Of a stretch of DNA of 64,000 nt, positions 48,410 through 62,966 are shown in pieces (the stretch's first letter is position 1; each line of letters starts with the position of its first letter). Both the position numbers and the translations under genes were made by a program. Under the pieces are notes generated by a model. That model had not been told where the DNA came from. It ran no database searches and saw only the letters and a list, made by a program, of their open reading frames with translations. Origin of the DNA: Eledone cirrhosa. Taxonomy: Eukaryota. The DNA is taken from positions 19,468,001-19,532,000 of the forward strand of contig OZ024747.1 in NCBI GenBank assembly GCA_964016885.1. Reading direction: 5' to 3'.

Positions 48410-49699
48410 TATATATATGGAAGATATACAATGTGACTCTCTAACATTGTTTGGCAAAAAAAGCAGCAAATTTCCTTTTCATGGTGGCTATTCACAGGGT
48501 GAAGGTTAACTTGCAGAAATATTTGCTGCAGGATGTCCACTCCCTAAGCTTTCAAATTCATTAACTACAAATGAAAGTAAGGGGACTGTAGTAAGAGCGG
48601 TACTACCTTCTAGTATTTTGTTTAGGAAACGTAGGTTTCAATGATGATGTTTATGAGGCTGAAATGACCTGCTCTGCTTTTCAAATGGAAGAAAATAAAT
48701 GGGGAAAGGCATATAAAATGCATTTCATGAAAGAGAGTCACTCAGGACTTTAGGCGATGACTTAACATAAATTACTCTAGGCCATCTGACCTCTATTAGG
48801 TAGTTGCGATTGTTGATTTTGACATTTTCTACAAGCTGTAAACACAAATCTCTGTTGTAAATCGTTATTTAATTGCCTCTAAAATCGTTGGACTTGTTGC
48901 TGATAAATTAGATTACTACTACTACTACTACTACTACTACTGCTACTACTACTACTACTACTTTTGTTGTAATATTCAGCATAGTAAATGTCGTTCATAT
49001 TATTATTATAGGCATCTATGTCATTTTATATTATTCAAAACTGTTATCTTAATATTGCCATAATTCTATATTTAATATTATTTCCATATTTTCTAATGTA
49101 TCAGTACCACATATCGTTTAACGCGTGAATATTTCATCACTCTCATTTCTAATATAACCACTTTCACTTGTAACTCTGGAATGGTCTTTCCAGGGCGACT
49201 TGCTCACTATCCTTCGGGGAAACGCCTCCTTTATCCTGTCCGCTGGGGCTGGGGTGCGGCCAACGGGTGAGAACCCATTTGCACATAATAGTGAGAGATG
49301 GGGAGAGCGGGAGAGATGGAGGCAGTGCCAGTGGGAGTTTGGTTTCTTTGTGTTTGCACCTGGTGTATATGTATATATTTATTTAGCGCACCACATGTTT
49401 AGTATTTATTAGTATTTTCTATAGTTGTGTCTGACTTGTCCTGTCAATCTGTAAAAGGGTTCTGTTCGCCTTTGTGTATTCGACTCTTTTAGCTCCTTTT
49501 TAACTCTCTTCCTTTTAGACATATATCTGTATTTATCCTGTGATATATTGAGTGTCGTATGATTGTGTGCAGGTATGTGTTTTGACACACATAACGTGAT
49601 ACATGTGGGTAAATATATGCGAATATGCTTATAAGTGTGTTTGTGTGTACGTAAAGCAATCGTGTAATGACCAAATGCAAGTTTGATGTTTTCTTCCTG

Positions 49700-49897
49700 C
49701 CGCCTTCCAACACCAGTCGGTACCACCTCTTCATGTCTGATTCTCCACAGTTTGCTCATTTTTCTCTTCAGCTCCTGGTATTTCTCACCTTTATTACTTT
49801 CTTTCTAATTCACTCTGTGGTCCCACGGTGAAACAATATCCACATGACATGCTTTGTTCCTCTTTTCAGCAGTATCTCGCTTTCTAGCCACGATTAT
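49700..49897 (-). pseudogene. Restriction-like endonuclease fragment of an R4/Dong-type non-LTR element
   Basis: IIVARKRD...VDIVSPWDHRVN*KESNKGEKYQELKRKMSKLW...VVPTGVG fits the RPD..D..P.D....KE..K..KY..L....LW...VVP.VVG pattern. Confidence 0.7.
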
Positions 49898-49912
49898 TAG
49901 TTTCATTATTAT

Positions 49913-50300
49913 TTGGCAGTATCGGTAGAGGGTCGGGCGCCATGCTTTGAAGCATAGAGTTACCGCCCTTTATGATCTGAGTTCAAATCCCGCCGAGGTT
50001 AACTTTGCCTTTCATCCTTACGGGGTCGATAAAATAAAGTACCAGTAATGCACTGGCATAATTGCTGGCCTGGTGCCAAAAGTAGAAACAATTATTATTA
50101 GTAGTAGTACGGTGGATTGGCAGTATCGGTAGAGGGTCGGACGCAATGCTTTGACGCATAGAGTTACGGCCCTTGCCATTCTGAGTTCAAATTCCGCCGA
50201 GTTTAACTTTGCCTTTCATCCTTATGGGGTCGATAAAATAAAGTACCAATAATACACTGGGTAATTGCTGGTCTTGTGCCAAAAGTAGAAACAATTATTA
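49913..50300 (+). mobile_element. Two tandem SINE family A copies (49913-50100, 50111-50300)
   Basis: Both near full length with (ATT)n tails. Confidence 0.92.
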
Positions 50301-50692
50301 TTATCATTATTGTTAGTAGTTATTTTATTTATCACACATCGATTAGAATTACCCTTCAGAAAAGAACAACTATTATTGGTTATAATTTGCCGGCATCGAG
50401 TAAGAGATAAAACGAATGTGGAAACAAACGAAGAAGCAATGCCTTGAAGAACCTAACAACATTTTCTTGAATAATTATTAATTTTAATAATATTAGTGGA
50501 AAAATTTGCCAAAGTAATTAAATTATTATCTCTTATAGTTCCTCTAATTACGTTTTTCAACCATCTTCAAATGTAGTACAAAACATATTTTTGCATGTTT
50601 GAATGTGTGTATACAGAAACACACATACATATAAGCACACGTAACATACAAAAATACACAAGCAGAAACATACACTCTCTCACTCTCTCTAT

Positions 50693-50724
<32 letters not shown>

Positions 50725-50746
50725 GTATATAATATAATATATAATG

Positions 50747-50779
<33 letters not shown>

Positions 50780-50843
50780 GCATACACTTATATACCTGCA
50801 TATAGATGTACGTTTGTATGTAACCGTATAGAGAGAGAGAGTT

Positions 50844-50891
<48 letters not shown>

Positions 50892-50967
50892 AACTCTGAT
50901 ACACACACACATATATATTAATATGAATATATACGTAATGTATGTGTAGGTAATATATATATATATA

Positions 50968-51028
<61 letters not shown>

Positions 51029-51367
51029 TATTTGTGTGTGTGTTTGTATGTGTCTATGTGCGATTATGTGTAATTGTGAGAGGCCTATAATTACATATAC
51101 ATATTTGAATATATATATATATATATGCATATGTGTGGGTATGAGTGTCTGGGTGTGTATATTTAAATGCGAGTATCAACAGCCATAACAGAACTTATGC
51201 GCACAGATGAAAGTGCATTTGCATATATGTCTACGCTCTCATGCAGAGCAAATTTTCAGAAATAACTGCAAATACCTCGCGCTGGCGACTAAATTATACG
51301 AAGGTATTTTATGATATATATACGTGTATATAAATATATTACATTTTTTTAAAACCATTTATATCTA

Positions 51368-51494
<127 letters not shown>

Positions 51495-51622
51495 ACCACA
51501 CATATATATATATATAGGAAAAGAAAGTTAAGACGTACCTATGTATGAATGTGTGTATTCTTTGTGTGAGTTTGTGTATGTATGTATATATATGTATGTA
51601 TGTATATATATATGTATGTATA

Positions 51623-51669
<47 letters not shown>

Positions 51670-52184
51670 TCACACAAATAATACACACATTCATATATAG
51701 ATACTGCTTAACTTTCTTTTCCCATTTCTTCCCATCCCTTCTTGCTTTCTCTCACTCTGTCTACACCATCACATACGCACCTATTATGTATAATATATAT
51801 ATATATAATTCTGAGGGATGCTAGTGTCGGAAGCGTATAAAGCAGCGGAAGTCATATTTAGAAATGGTTCGCATTCTATGGGCACGAAATCGTTACACTT
51901 GTAGAACAGAATAAATTAGTGTATATGGTTTATATTAAAGGACCCTGAGTTAATACGGAAGAGAAAAATGCAAATTCAATGATGGAAATCAGATTCATGA
52001 ATGCAGAGTGTTTTCGTTGTTTTCTATTATGCTGCCTTGCCATTTTATCCATGAGAGTGTTAAGAAATGGGACGATCATTAACGATAAATAACATGCATA
52101 CTGGCAATCTATCATGTTGATTATTTTGATATGTAAAGCAAATAAATTAAGTTATGAATGCTGGAGTTAAAATCGTTTGTAATT

Positions 52185-52310
52185 TAGGCATACGACTAAC
52201 AAATTTGAGGTTGAGGCACAATACATTAAATCGACTTCAGTACTTGACTATTTCTTTTTTATCGACTCCAAAAGGATGAAACGCAAAGTTAAACTTAGCT
52301 TTTAAACGCG
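52185..52310 (-). mobile_element. Old SINE family A-related remnant
   Basis: ttatcgactccaaaaggatgaaacgcaaagttaa. Confidence 0.55.
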
Positions 52311-52631
52311 GATGGTAAAATGTCATAACTAAAACGTGTAAAGACATTTTATTACACATTACTTCAATACTTTTAATTGAAAAAAAAAAAAACATAATTA
52401 TACATCAACATAAAAAGTATGCTAAATCATCCCGAGAACAAGGTGAAGTGTTCACATCAGTATGGAGTATTCAACCATATACATATTCATTTCAGAAGTG
52501 TACTGACAGACTTTTCGTCGGAATTTGATGTTGATTCAACACACACACATATTTATGTGCGCATTGATATTGAACAAACTAGTTATGTATTATGTATATA
52601 TGAATGTATGTGTATATATATGTACACACAC

Positions 52632-52720
<89 letters not shown>

Positions 52721-52731
52721 TGCATATATTA

Positions 52732-52792
<61 letters not shown>

Positions 52793-52796
<4 letters not shown>

Positions 52797-53360
52797 GTAA
52801 GTATATATGTATACATACATACATATATGTATACAGACGTACAGTAGCATGTATATATATACATACAGGCACACATACATATATGCACGTATCAGTTTAC
52901 CGAACATTTATTATAATGCTCGGTTTGTTCGTTTGTAAACAAACAAACAGCCGGAATTACGTACAGTGATTAGGCTGCTCAGCCGTTAATTTTCATAAGG
53001 AAAGTATATACTTTCGGACGTTCAACCATCTGGCAGAAAGGTATACGGTGCTGACGATAGCTAATAAGCTTGAAACTAGTACATCGTTCCTGTGTCAGTG
53101 TTGAACAAAAAGGTGACGTGGTTGCCTAAACACTGTACGGCGTAATTCAGGCTGTTTGTTTACAAACGAACAAACCGAGCATTATAATAAATGTTCGGTA
53201 AACTGATACGTGCATATATGTATGTATGCCTGTATGTATATATATACATGCTACTGTACGTCTGTATACATATATGTATGTACGTATACATACATACTTA
53301 CATTTAAGTAAGTGCCGTACTAAGAGTGAGAAATGAAATTTCGTTTCATTCTATTCCATT
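52793..53360 (+). mobile_element. Foldback element, ~180-bp arms 52793-52975 / 53125-53304, with an HHR in the loop
   Basis: Inverted arms with small indels; tail 53305-53360; (TA)n flanks. Confidence 0.8.
53046..53086 (+). ncRNA. Minimal type I hammerhead ribozyme
   Basis: Stem I cggtg/catcg, CUGACGA, stem II agct-aata-agct, GAAAC-UA-GUA. Confidence 0.85.
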
Positions 53361-53380
53361 TATATATATATATATATATA

Positions 53381-53610
53381 GGAACCAGTAAGACCCCGAC
53401 GGCTGAGCTCAAGCCGTTTCGACGGCTAATTCTGGACTAAAAAAAACATTTTTTTTTCTTTTTTTTTTTTTAGTCCAGAATTAGCCGTCGAAACGGCTTG
53501 AGCTCAGCCGTCGGGGTCTTACTGGTTCCTATTACCCACTCTACTACCCCAAGTATTGAGTACTTTGGTGCGTTATGGTCCACCTGGTTCCTTACCACAT
53601 TTCCTTCGTT
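53381..53610 (+). mobile_element. Family C foldback: ~58-bp arms joined by an A/T homopolymer filler, tail to 53610
   Basis: 53381-53438 is the reverse complement of 53472-53529. Confidence 0.85.
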
Positions 53611-53637
53611 ATATATATATATATATATATATATACA

Positions 53638-53950
53638 TGAAGGTGCATGGCTTATTGGTTAGAGCACTGGAAAGTTGTGAGTTCGATTCTCGGAGCGGGT
53701 GATGCGTTGTGCCCTTGAGCAAGACCCTTTATTTCACGTTGCTCCAGTTTACTCAGCTGTAGAAATGAGTTGCAACGTCACTGGTATCAAGCAGTATATC
53801 GCCCATTGCCTTTCCCTTGGACATGATTGTAGAGAGGGGAGACTGGTATGCATGCTGTTCTTCCACAAACAACTTTGTCCGGACTTGTGCCTCGAAAGGA
53901 AACTTTCTACGTGCAAATTCCATGGTCATTCCTGACCAAAGCGAGTCTTT
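53638..53950 (+). mobile_element. tRNA-derived SINE family D with a CORE-like central motif
   Basis: A/B boxes tggcttattgg / gagttcgattc; tgtgcccttgagcaagacccttt resembles the start of the CORE domain. Confidence 0.7.
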
Positions 53951-54008
53951 ACCTTTATATATGTACATATATATATATTCATACATAAATGCATAGGTAT
54001 ACATATGT

Positions 54009-54062
<54 letters not shown>

Positions 54063-54157
54063 GTGTGTGTGTTTGTGTGTGTATTCCTACTTTAAAAAAC
54101 TGTAGAAATTCCTAATACAGGAAATACATGTAACACTAGTCGATTGATATAAATAAT

Positions 54158-54342
54158 TGTTTCTACTTGTGGCACAAGGCCAGCAATTATCCAGTACATT
54201 ACTGGTACTTTATTTTATCGACCCCGTAAGGATGAAAGGCAAAGTCAACCTCGGCGGGATTTGAACTCAGATCGTAAAGGGACGCAACTGTGCTGCAAAG
54301 CATGGCGTCCGACCCTCTACCGATACTGCCAATCCACCGACC
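54158..54342 (-). mobile_element. Full-length SINE family A with an 18-bp TSD
   Basis: tcgattgatataaataat at 54140-54157 and 54343-54360. Confidence 0.93.
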
Positions 54343-54812
54343 TCGATTGATATAAATAATACCTTAGAAAATTGTGTGAATTCCTCCTCTTAATTGAAGA
54401 CAGTGGCCAGTAATCGAACTCTGTATCTCTCGAATTCCAGCTTTAACAATTGAACTAAGGGACCTCTCGTGACACAGTCTCCCTGAATTAGATAGCTATA
54501 CTATAATTGCAATAACCTATAGAAACTATCGAAGCGCTGGGTAATTAGAAATGGTTGAAATATATATACGTAATTAATTGATTTTTTTTTTATTGTACAA
54601 GTTTTCATCTAGGTTGCTTTTATAATACGAAACAAAAATCAAGACATTTCCATTACGAACATTTAATTGAAACCAAAAAAGTGAGATATTTTTTAATTAT
54701 GTCTGTATGTGATAATTCTAAATATCACCAGTTACCGCATGAAAAGTGAATCAGGTTTTAACCAATGGAATAGAAAAGTAACAATATAATCTCCTGTTTC
54801 AAACTGCACAAA

Positions 54813-55180
54813 ATAATAATTGTTTCTACTGTTGGCACAAAGCCAGCAATTAACCAGTGCATTACTGGTACTTTATTTTATCGACCCCCGTAAGGATGAA
54901 AGGCAAAGTTAACCTCGGCGGGATATGAACTCAGACCATAAAGGGCCGTAACTCTTTGCTGCAAAGCATGGCGTCTGACCCTCTACCGATACTGCCATAA
55001 TAATTGTTCCTACTTTTGGCACAAGACCAGCAATTACCCAGTGCAATACTGGTACTTTATTTTATCGACCCCGTAAGGATGAAAGGCAAAGTTAACCTCG
55101 GCGGGATTTGAACTCAGAATGGCAAGGACCGTAACTCTATGCGTCAAAGCATGGCGTCCGACCCTCTACCGATACTGCCA
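54813..55180 (-). mobile_element. Two tandem SINE family A copies
   Basis: 54813-54997 and 54998-55180. Confidence 0.92.
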
Positions 55181-55525
55181 TAATAATAAACGTAAATCAC
55201 GTGAAAAGTGATAAAAACATATAGTATTTTGCAAATGATTATATTTCAGAAATTATTCTATACAAAGTAGCTTGGGTAAAAAAGTTATCATAGTAAACGA
55301 AAGACAAATGAATTTGGTTACTGGATGTCATGTCATTAATAATAGAATATTTAATTATCTGCAAAGAAAAGCCCTTAAGTTATGAACCTGGTACAGGTAG
55401 GAATTTTTAATTTTGTCTTACTGTTTTTGTATATTTAATTAAATATTCGGTTGAAAATATTTTATTTCATATTAAAAATAAAACAATGAAAAGACCAGAT
55501 TTGTGTGTGTGTTTGTGTGTGTGTT

Positions 55526-55556
<31 letters not shown>

Positions 55557-55997
55557 TGTGTGTGTGTGTGTGTGTATACGTGTGTGTGCGTGCGCGCGTG
55601 TGTGTGTATCGTATAAACATTTGAATTATAAAAATTGTCCGTGTTATACAGTCGAAATGTATAGGACTTTGATATATATTCAATATAAATGTGTCATTCA
55701 AACATTCTGCTATGAAAAATAATTCTGTAATCTATTCTTGACCAAATAAACACTTCAGTTATTTCATTTCCAAGTCTGTAAGAATGTCGATATTACTGCT
55801 TGAATTAGGAACAACTTTTACCTAGTAATTGCTTAGTAGAATCAGTAAAAGAATAATCTAGACGTATACCACACATGTATTTAGCTTGACGCATGAGAGG
55901 AATAAGGATTTTCTATAGCAAATCATAACAAAGAGATAAAAATGAACATTTTTGCTACGTTTGTATAAAACCTCCTCTAAGCGACCGACACACTTAT

Positions 55998-56705
55998 TTT
56001 AATGAGATCATTATTCTACATCTAGACCCTTTAGGAAGGAAACAACTGTCAAGACCAAAGCGAAAACATATTTATTAAATGTCTATCGATTGAAAGATAT
56101 ACAAGTAGGGAACAATCAATATTTACAGAAATTCACCAGCATACTAAAGCGTGCAATGAAAATTAACTGCGAAAACAGTTTTCACAAGCACACTTTGTGT
56201 AAATAGCCTCCAAATACAAGCGGTTACGAAACAACACTTAAGAAAGCACCCCGATATTCAAACAAATATACGTTCTCAAAGCATGTTAAAAAGAAAAGTC
56301 TTGTGAATATTACTTTCAATATAAGTCGCTGAAGCGACAGTTCACTCGAGTTAGTCAATTCGCGAAATGGCGTATCAGAAACATATTCGTAAACAATAGT
56401 TTCGTATAATATCCTGGACCGAAAACATGTCGGAAGTTGCTACCAGCTGAATACACTAATTTACTGAAGTGCTAAGAAAATGGCAGAAATACACTCCTTT
56501 CATATATTTTATTAAGGATATTGTAAAAGTTATCTGCCCTCTATACAGGATATTAGAACAAAATATCAACATATGCCTGTCGCTCAACCTATATGCTCAA
56601 GTAAATTGTAACAAACGAAGAGTATATATCGGCTTTTTGAGGACAGTTTTTCTACACATTTACTTTCTATGTGCCTCTGGCACATTCATGGTATACATTG
56701 TTGAA
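55998..56705. repeat. Old ~700-bp repeat; second copy split at 58703-58908 and 59594-60002
   Basis: Shared blocks taatgagatcattattcta, tcaaagcatgttaaaaagaaa, cactcgagttagtcaattc and gctcaagtaaattgtaacaaacgaag. Confidence 0.85.
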
Positions 56706-56859
56706 ATGGCAGTGTATAATCATACGTTTCGTTTGAAAAAACGAATAAATCTACTTATTGTTTTATTGGTTTCTGAAAGAGAGCTAAATACATACATTTA
56801 TAGACGAGAGTATATCTATAAAGGAAATTGATGAATTATCCAAATATAGGGTAGGAAGT

Positions 56860-57122
56860 TGTCCCTATCTTCTTTGAACTCTCCAGTGTAGGCCCATTCA
56901 ATCGGGCTATCCTCGCTACATTCACGTACCTTTTTAACAAATGCACTGGGGGAAGAACCGTTCTCTCTCGCTATACTCGTCTCTCTTTCGAAGTAGAACT
57001 TGAGAATGTTGACGAGGGCTTAACCGAAGTGGAGAATGTCTGTCTTCAGTTCTTTCAGTTGCGTCCAACACACAAACTTTTTTGCCATAGCCACCAGACA
57101 GAGGAAACTGCCTGCCCTTTCC
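56860..57122 (-). pseudogene. Old Tx1-group ORF2 C-terminal fragment
   Basis: Minus-strand LCLVAMAKKFVCWTQLKELKTD...YVNVARIARLNGPTL aligns with ICVMTMVKEVIWWTRLKGLRSD...WVNVAKMARVVGPSL of 9574-9897. Confidence 0.75.
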
Positions 57123-57142
57123 ACTACTGCTGCTGCTGCTGA

Positions 57143-57206
<64 letters not shown>

Positions 57207-57388
57207 GCTGCGTGAAACAGACTATCAGCTTCTCTCCCTTCTTTCGCCGAAAATAAGTAAGTGACATAGTCACTACTTTAAAACTCCTAGCGAATGGTCT
57301 TCTAAATGTTTTTAATTAAACATACGGTATATTGCCAAATATACTATACATACATTCATGTATACTTCGCTATTTCAGTGCAACAATC

Positions 57389-57460
<72 letters not shown>

Positions 57461-57463
<3 letters not shown>

Positions 57464-57694
57464 ATAATAATAAATTTGAAGACTAAAATCCAAAGAGGGC
57501 TCGAATTATATTCGTTTTTTCCCGTTCTTTGCCAGGGAACGTTTCCACGAACCAAAGTATCGTCTTCCTGTTTTCCTCCGGCTGCAACGTTTTTTGAAAT
57601 ATCCACTTCTGCGTTTACAGATTGACTTTGTTAGTTTCAGAAGATCCCGTTAAGGGTGAAAGCAGCGATTCTTTGCTTAAACTTTAATCTGTTA

Positions 57695-57702
<8 letters not shown>
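57461..57702. mobile_element. Non-autonomous derivative of the 39.7-kb PLE: inverted terminal ~43 bp plus a forward HHR-containing segment
   Basis: 57461-57503 is the reverse complement of ~42188-42230; 57537-57702 matches 41974-42139; (TA)n flanks. Confidence 0.9.
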
Positions 57703-57725
<23 letters not shown>

Positions 57726-57733
57726 CCAGCAGT

Positions 57734-57775
<42 letters not shown>

Positions 57776-58908
57776 ACTGCTGGATTTTCTAATCTAACAG
57801 TCTCTTCTTAGCGCTGAGGGAGACCATCACCATTCTATTAATGTCGATATATTTCTTATATCGATATTATTTGGGCATCCATTGATGAGTTTATAAGAGC
57901 CCGCTTGTGTATAAAACTATGAATTATATACAAGTTTCTACATAACCTGGAAATTATTTATCCCAAATTGTAGAAATCTTATAACGAAACGGCCGTCTGG
58001 AAGGAAAGAGATATTTATTTAATAATGTCTCATATAAAATAATACAACCAGCTATCCACGAAATACTGATTAGTTAGCACCCCAAACACTAAATTGGGAT
58101 AATACTTAAGTATATCCTAATGTTTGTTGAGTGAGATGGAGTTGGTCGGAGTATCGCTTAAGGCTTTCTCAGTTTATGTATTGAATTATATATATATGAG
58201 TGTGTCTGCATGTGTTTATGTATATGTGTATAGATGTCTGTGATGTAATTGAATGCGCCTGTACAATGAATGTAGGGCACTCAATATATGGTGCTTAGAT
58301 TTAGAATACAATTTAATAAAATAGCTTCCGCTATTTTTCCTATTCTATAGTTGAATATAGAATAAATTATAGTGCAATTATATATGTTTAGCTTCATACC
58401 ACTTAACACATAAATCCTTCTGTGAATTATACTTGACGGACTATAATATTTTTTTTCATCGAACAGGATATCTCGATGCTGCTTGAATTTGATCGCAAAG
58501 CTTTCATTGAAACAATTTTCACTCATCGTTTATTTAAAGTAATTAAACAATTAATAATCTAGTGCTATGCTGCATGCATATATATTTAATGAGATATAAT
58601 GCGTAGCAAATGAGATATTTTTCTTCAGTAAATCATTACGAATAAAGATCCAATATGAAATATTTTAACTACGTTGGAATGAAATTTCTGTAAGACACAA
58701 TTGTAATGAGATCATTATTCTAAAACTAATTTCTTTAGGAAGGAAGCAGCTGACAAGACCTTAATGAAAACACATTTATAAAACAACAGACATACTAAAG
58801 CACGGAAATGAAAATTAACAGTTTCACATGTGATCGACGTTCCAACAGCTTCAAAACAAGCCGGTATGAAATAACACTTAAGAGGGTTCCCGTAATATTC
58901 AAATAGAT

Positions 58909-59585
58909 CAGGATTTCCCAACTTTTTTTCAACCAGCACAATTGGGCGCATTGGGCGCAAATTTTTTTGTTAACGATGTCAAATTAAATTTTAAATAAGA
59001 TACTGAATTCATCTTAGATCAAATGGGTACAAAACCTAAAACAAATGTGTATGTGTGTGTGTGTGTGTGTGTGGATGGGCCTTTAATCGCCAGGAGGCAA
59101 TTTAAGTTCAATCGAAGAAAGGAATACAAAACGGGAACACAATCACATACAAGCAATCATATACATACAAACGTATCCATATATACAAACACATATATTT
59201 CAGCCACTCCCCAAAGCCAGTTTCATCCAAAATTCTGACCACCATTCTTTATATATTTGCACACAAATACACACATTTAGCTTTTCGCTTTATTCTTTGT
59301 TTTTATTTTATTTTAGTCGTCTGCCACCATTCATTTGTTTTTGGTTTTTGTTTTGGGGGTTTCACTTTAGCGACACCAGTTACACATGGTGCCAGGAATT
59401 CGCTTGGTTTCACCAAAGTGGAAAAAGTATTTTAAAATGTTTTGAAAATTTGAAATAAAAAGATTCGAAAGAAAAAAAATAGATAAATGCCCACCACACA
59501 CCTGAGTATATTCACCCCTCCCAAATGAAATAACAACACAACAGCGCCCACAAGGGGGCGCTAGCACTCATGTTGGGAAACACTG
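58909..59585. mobile_element. hAT (Charlie-like) MITE
   Basis: Imperfect TIR CAGGATTTCCCAAC / GTTGGGAAACACTG; 8-bp TSD AAATAGAT (58901-58908, 59586-59593); absent from the paralogous site near 56260. Confidence 0.88.
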
Positions 59586-60580
59586 AAATAGATGTAGGTT
59601 TTCAAAGCATGTTAAAAAGAAACGCCTTGTTAATATTGCTTTAGCTATATCTCTGAAGTGAGTACACTCGAGTTAGTCAATTCACGAAATAGTATACTAG
59701 AATCATATTCGTAAACAATAGTTTCGTATAATATCCTGGATAGAAAAAAATGTCGGAAACTACTTCTAGCCCAATACAGCAGCTTGATGAAGTAGTAAAA
59801 AAATATCAGATATACAATTCTTTCATATATTTTATTAAGGATATTGCAAAAGTTATCTGGCCTCTATACAGGATATTAGGACAATATATCAACATATGCC
59901 TGGCTCACAACCTGTACGCTCAAGTAAATTGTAACAAACGAAGTTTTTCTACAAACTTGCTTTTAGTATCTTTCTTGCACTTTCATGGTATACATTGTTG
60001 TAGATGACAATAGATTAAACATTGTAGGAGAATACTGGGAATAATCAGAGGTAACGTTTGAAATTACGAATATCTGAAAATATATTTCGATTGCTTTTTC
60101 AAAAAGTGCAAAATTTAATATATACACATGAATGTCACATCAATGTACACATGCATGCACAAGTATAAACATGCAGTATAAACATGTGCAACAACAAGAA
60201 GATCAACACCATCACCAACAACAAATAATAATAATAGTGATATACACAATTATTTTGGGAATAGACAACCCAAATGCCCTTGTACGTGGTTTGAGAGAAT
60301 TGATGAAGTGCGTTTTCATATAGTAGAATAATTTTATTTCCAAAGACAGATTAAATGATTCCATGAACTATAACATACTTAAATACCTCATATAAGATTT
60401 TTATTGAATTGATTAGGACTTATTATAAGAGAACTTACCAGTAATGCACTGGTTAATTGCTGGCCTTATGCCTAAAGTAGAAACAATTATAAGAGAACTT
60501 GCAATGAAGTATGACCTAAGGAATGAGGGGCTATGGGGGGGGGGGTAGACGGGTGCTAGGAATGGGCTATTTACTTATAT

Positions 60581-60763
60581 ATAATTGTTTCTACTTTTGG
60601 CACAAGGCCAGCAATTATCCCAGTGAATTACTGATAGTTTATTTTATAGACCTCGTAAGGGTGAAAGGCAGAGTTAACCTCGACAGGATTTGAACTCAGA
60701 TCATAAAGGGCCGTAACTCTATGCTGCAATTCATGGCATCCGACCCTCTACCGATACAGCCAA
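60581..60763 (-). mobile_element. SINE family A (plus a 3' fragment on + at 60437-60490)
   Basis: Match to the other copies. Confidence 0.85.
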
Positions 60764-60824
60764 TCAATCCACTGCTATCATGAAAGTAGTGAAGGAGCAA
60801 TCATCGTAATCCGGCCGAAACATT

Positions 60825-61165
60825 TTATAATTACCAAAAGGCTTGAATCTATCATGGCTGGATGGTGTCGCTTTATATGTCGATGATGGTCCCAGAATGA
60901 GTTACAGAGATTTTTCAGGCACATACAGCAGGATGGAAGCTAGTTTGGAAGTGTAGTAGAATAGCAAGAAAGCAGCAAGCTGTTGGTAAGTTAGTTTGCG
61001 TGGTTTCACTCAAGGAGACTGTTTTCACCTGGTGGATTCTGTGTTAGTAGAGTTGCCAGTGTACATCATTTTGGAAGAGGTTAAGAATGTAACCTCCCAG
61101 ATAAAGAGTTATAAAGAGAATGCAGAGTTTGTTTATCCACGATCTGAAGGCCTACCAGAAGGAGC
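60825..61165 (+). pseudogene. Decayed RT fragment of an R4/Dong-type non-LTR element
   Basis: YQKA...HGW, RGFTQGD and [11 protein letters not shown] (compare LFIDDLK) in order across frameshifts. Confidence 0.55.
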
Positions 61166-61303
61166 ATGCATCCAATACTACTCTGATTTATGGTCCTGCG
61201 CACCTCGTAGCACAGACACTCAATATGTATAGATATCTGTTGTGTGTCTTTGTGTGTGTGTGTGTGCGTGTATATATATATATAAATATATATATACATA
61301 TAC

Positions 61304-61500
<197 letters not shown>

Positions 61501-61531
61501 TATATATATATATATATACATATATATATAC

Positions 61532-62415
<884 letters not shown>

Positions 62416-62445
62416 ATATATATATATATATACATATATATATAC

Positions 62446-62634
<189 letters not shown>

Positions 62635-62646
62635 CATATATATACA

Positions 62647-62709
<63 letters not shown>

Positions 62710-62895
62710 CTGTCTCACTCGCTTTACGCGTTTCAATTGTCCTAATAACTTATTTTGGTTATTATTGCACCGACGTCAGGTATATGATTTTTAATGCAAT
62801 GAAATATCGATGATCGTCGGCAAATCACTGATGAAGGACTCATTTTATTACATGTTATCCATGTGCTACCTGCAGTATTTTTCTCTATATTTTAT

Positions 62896-62960
<65 letters not shown>

Positions 62961-62966
62961 CATATA

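Noticed and set aside
49913-50300. SINE heads as tRNA genes, or tandem SINEs as a CRISPR-like array
   Set aside because: No cloverleaf; units are ~185 bp with no unique spacers; eukaryotic context with no cas genes.
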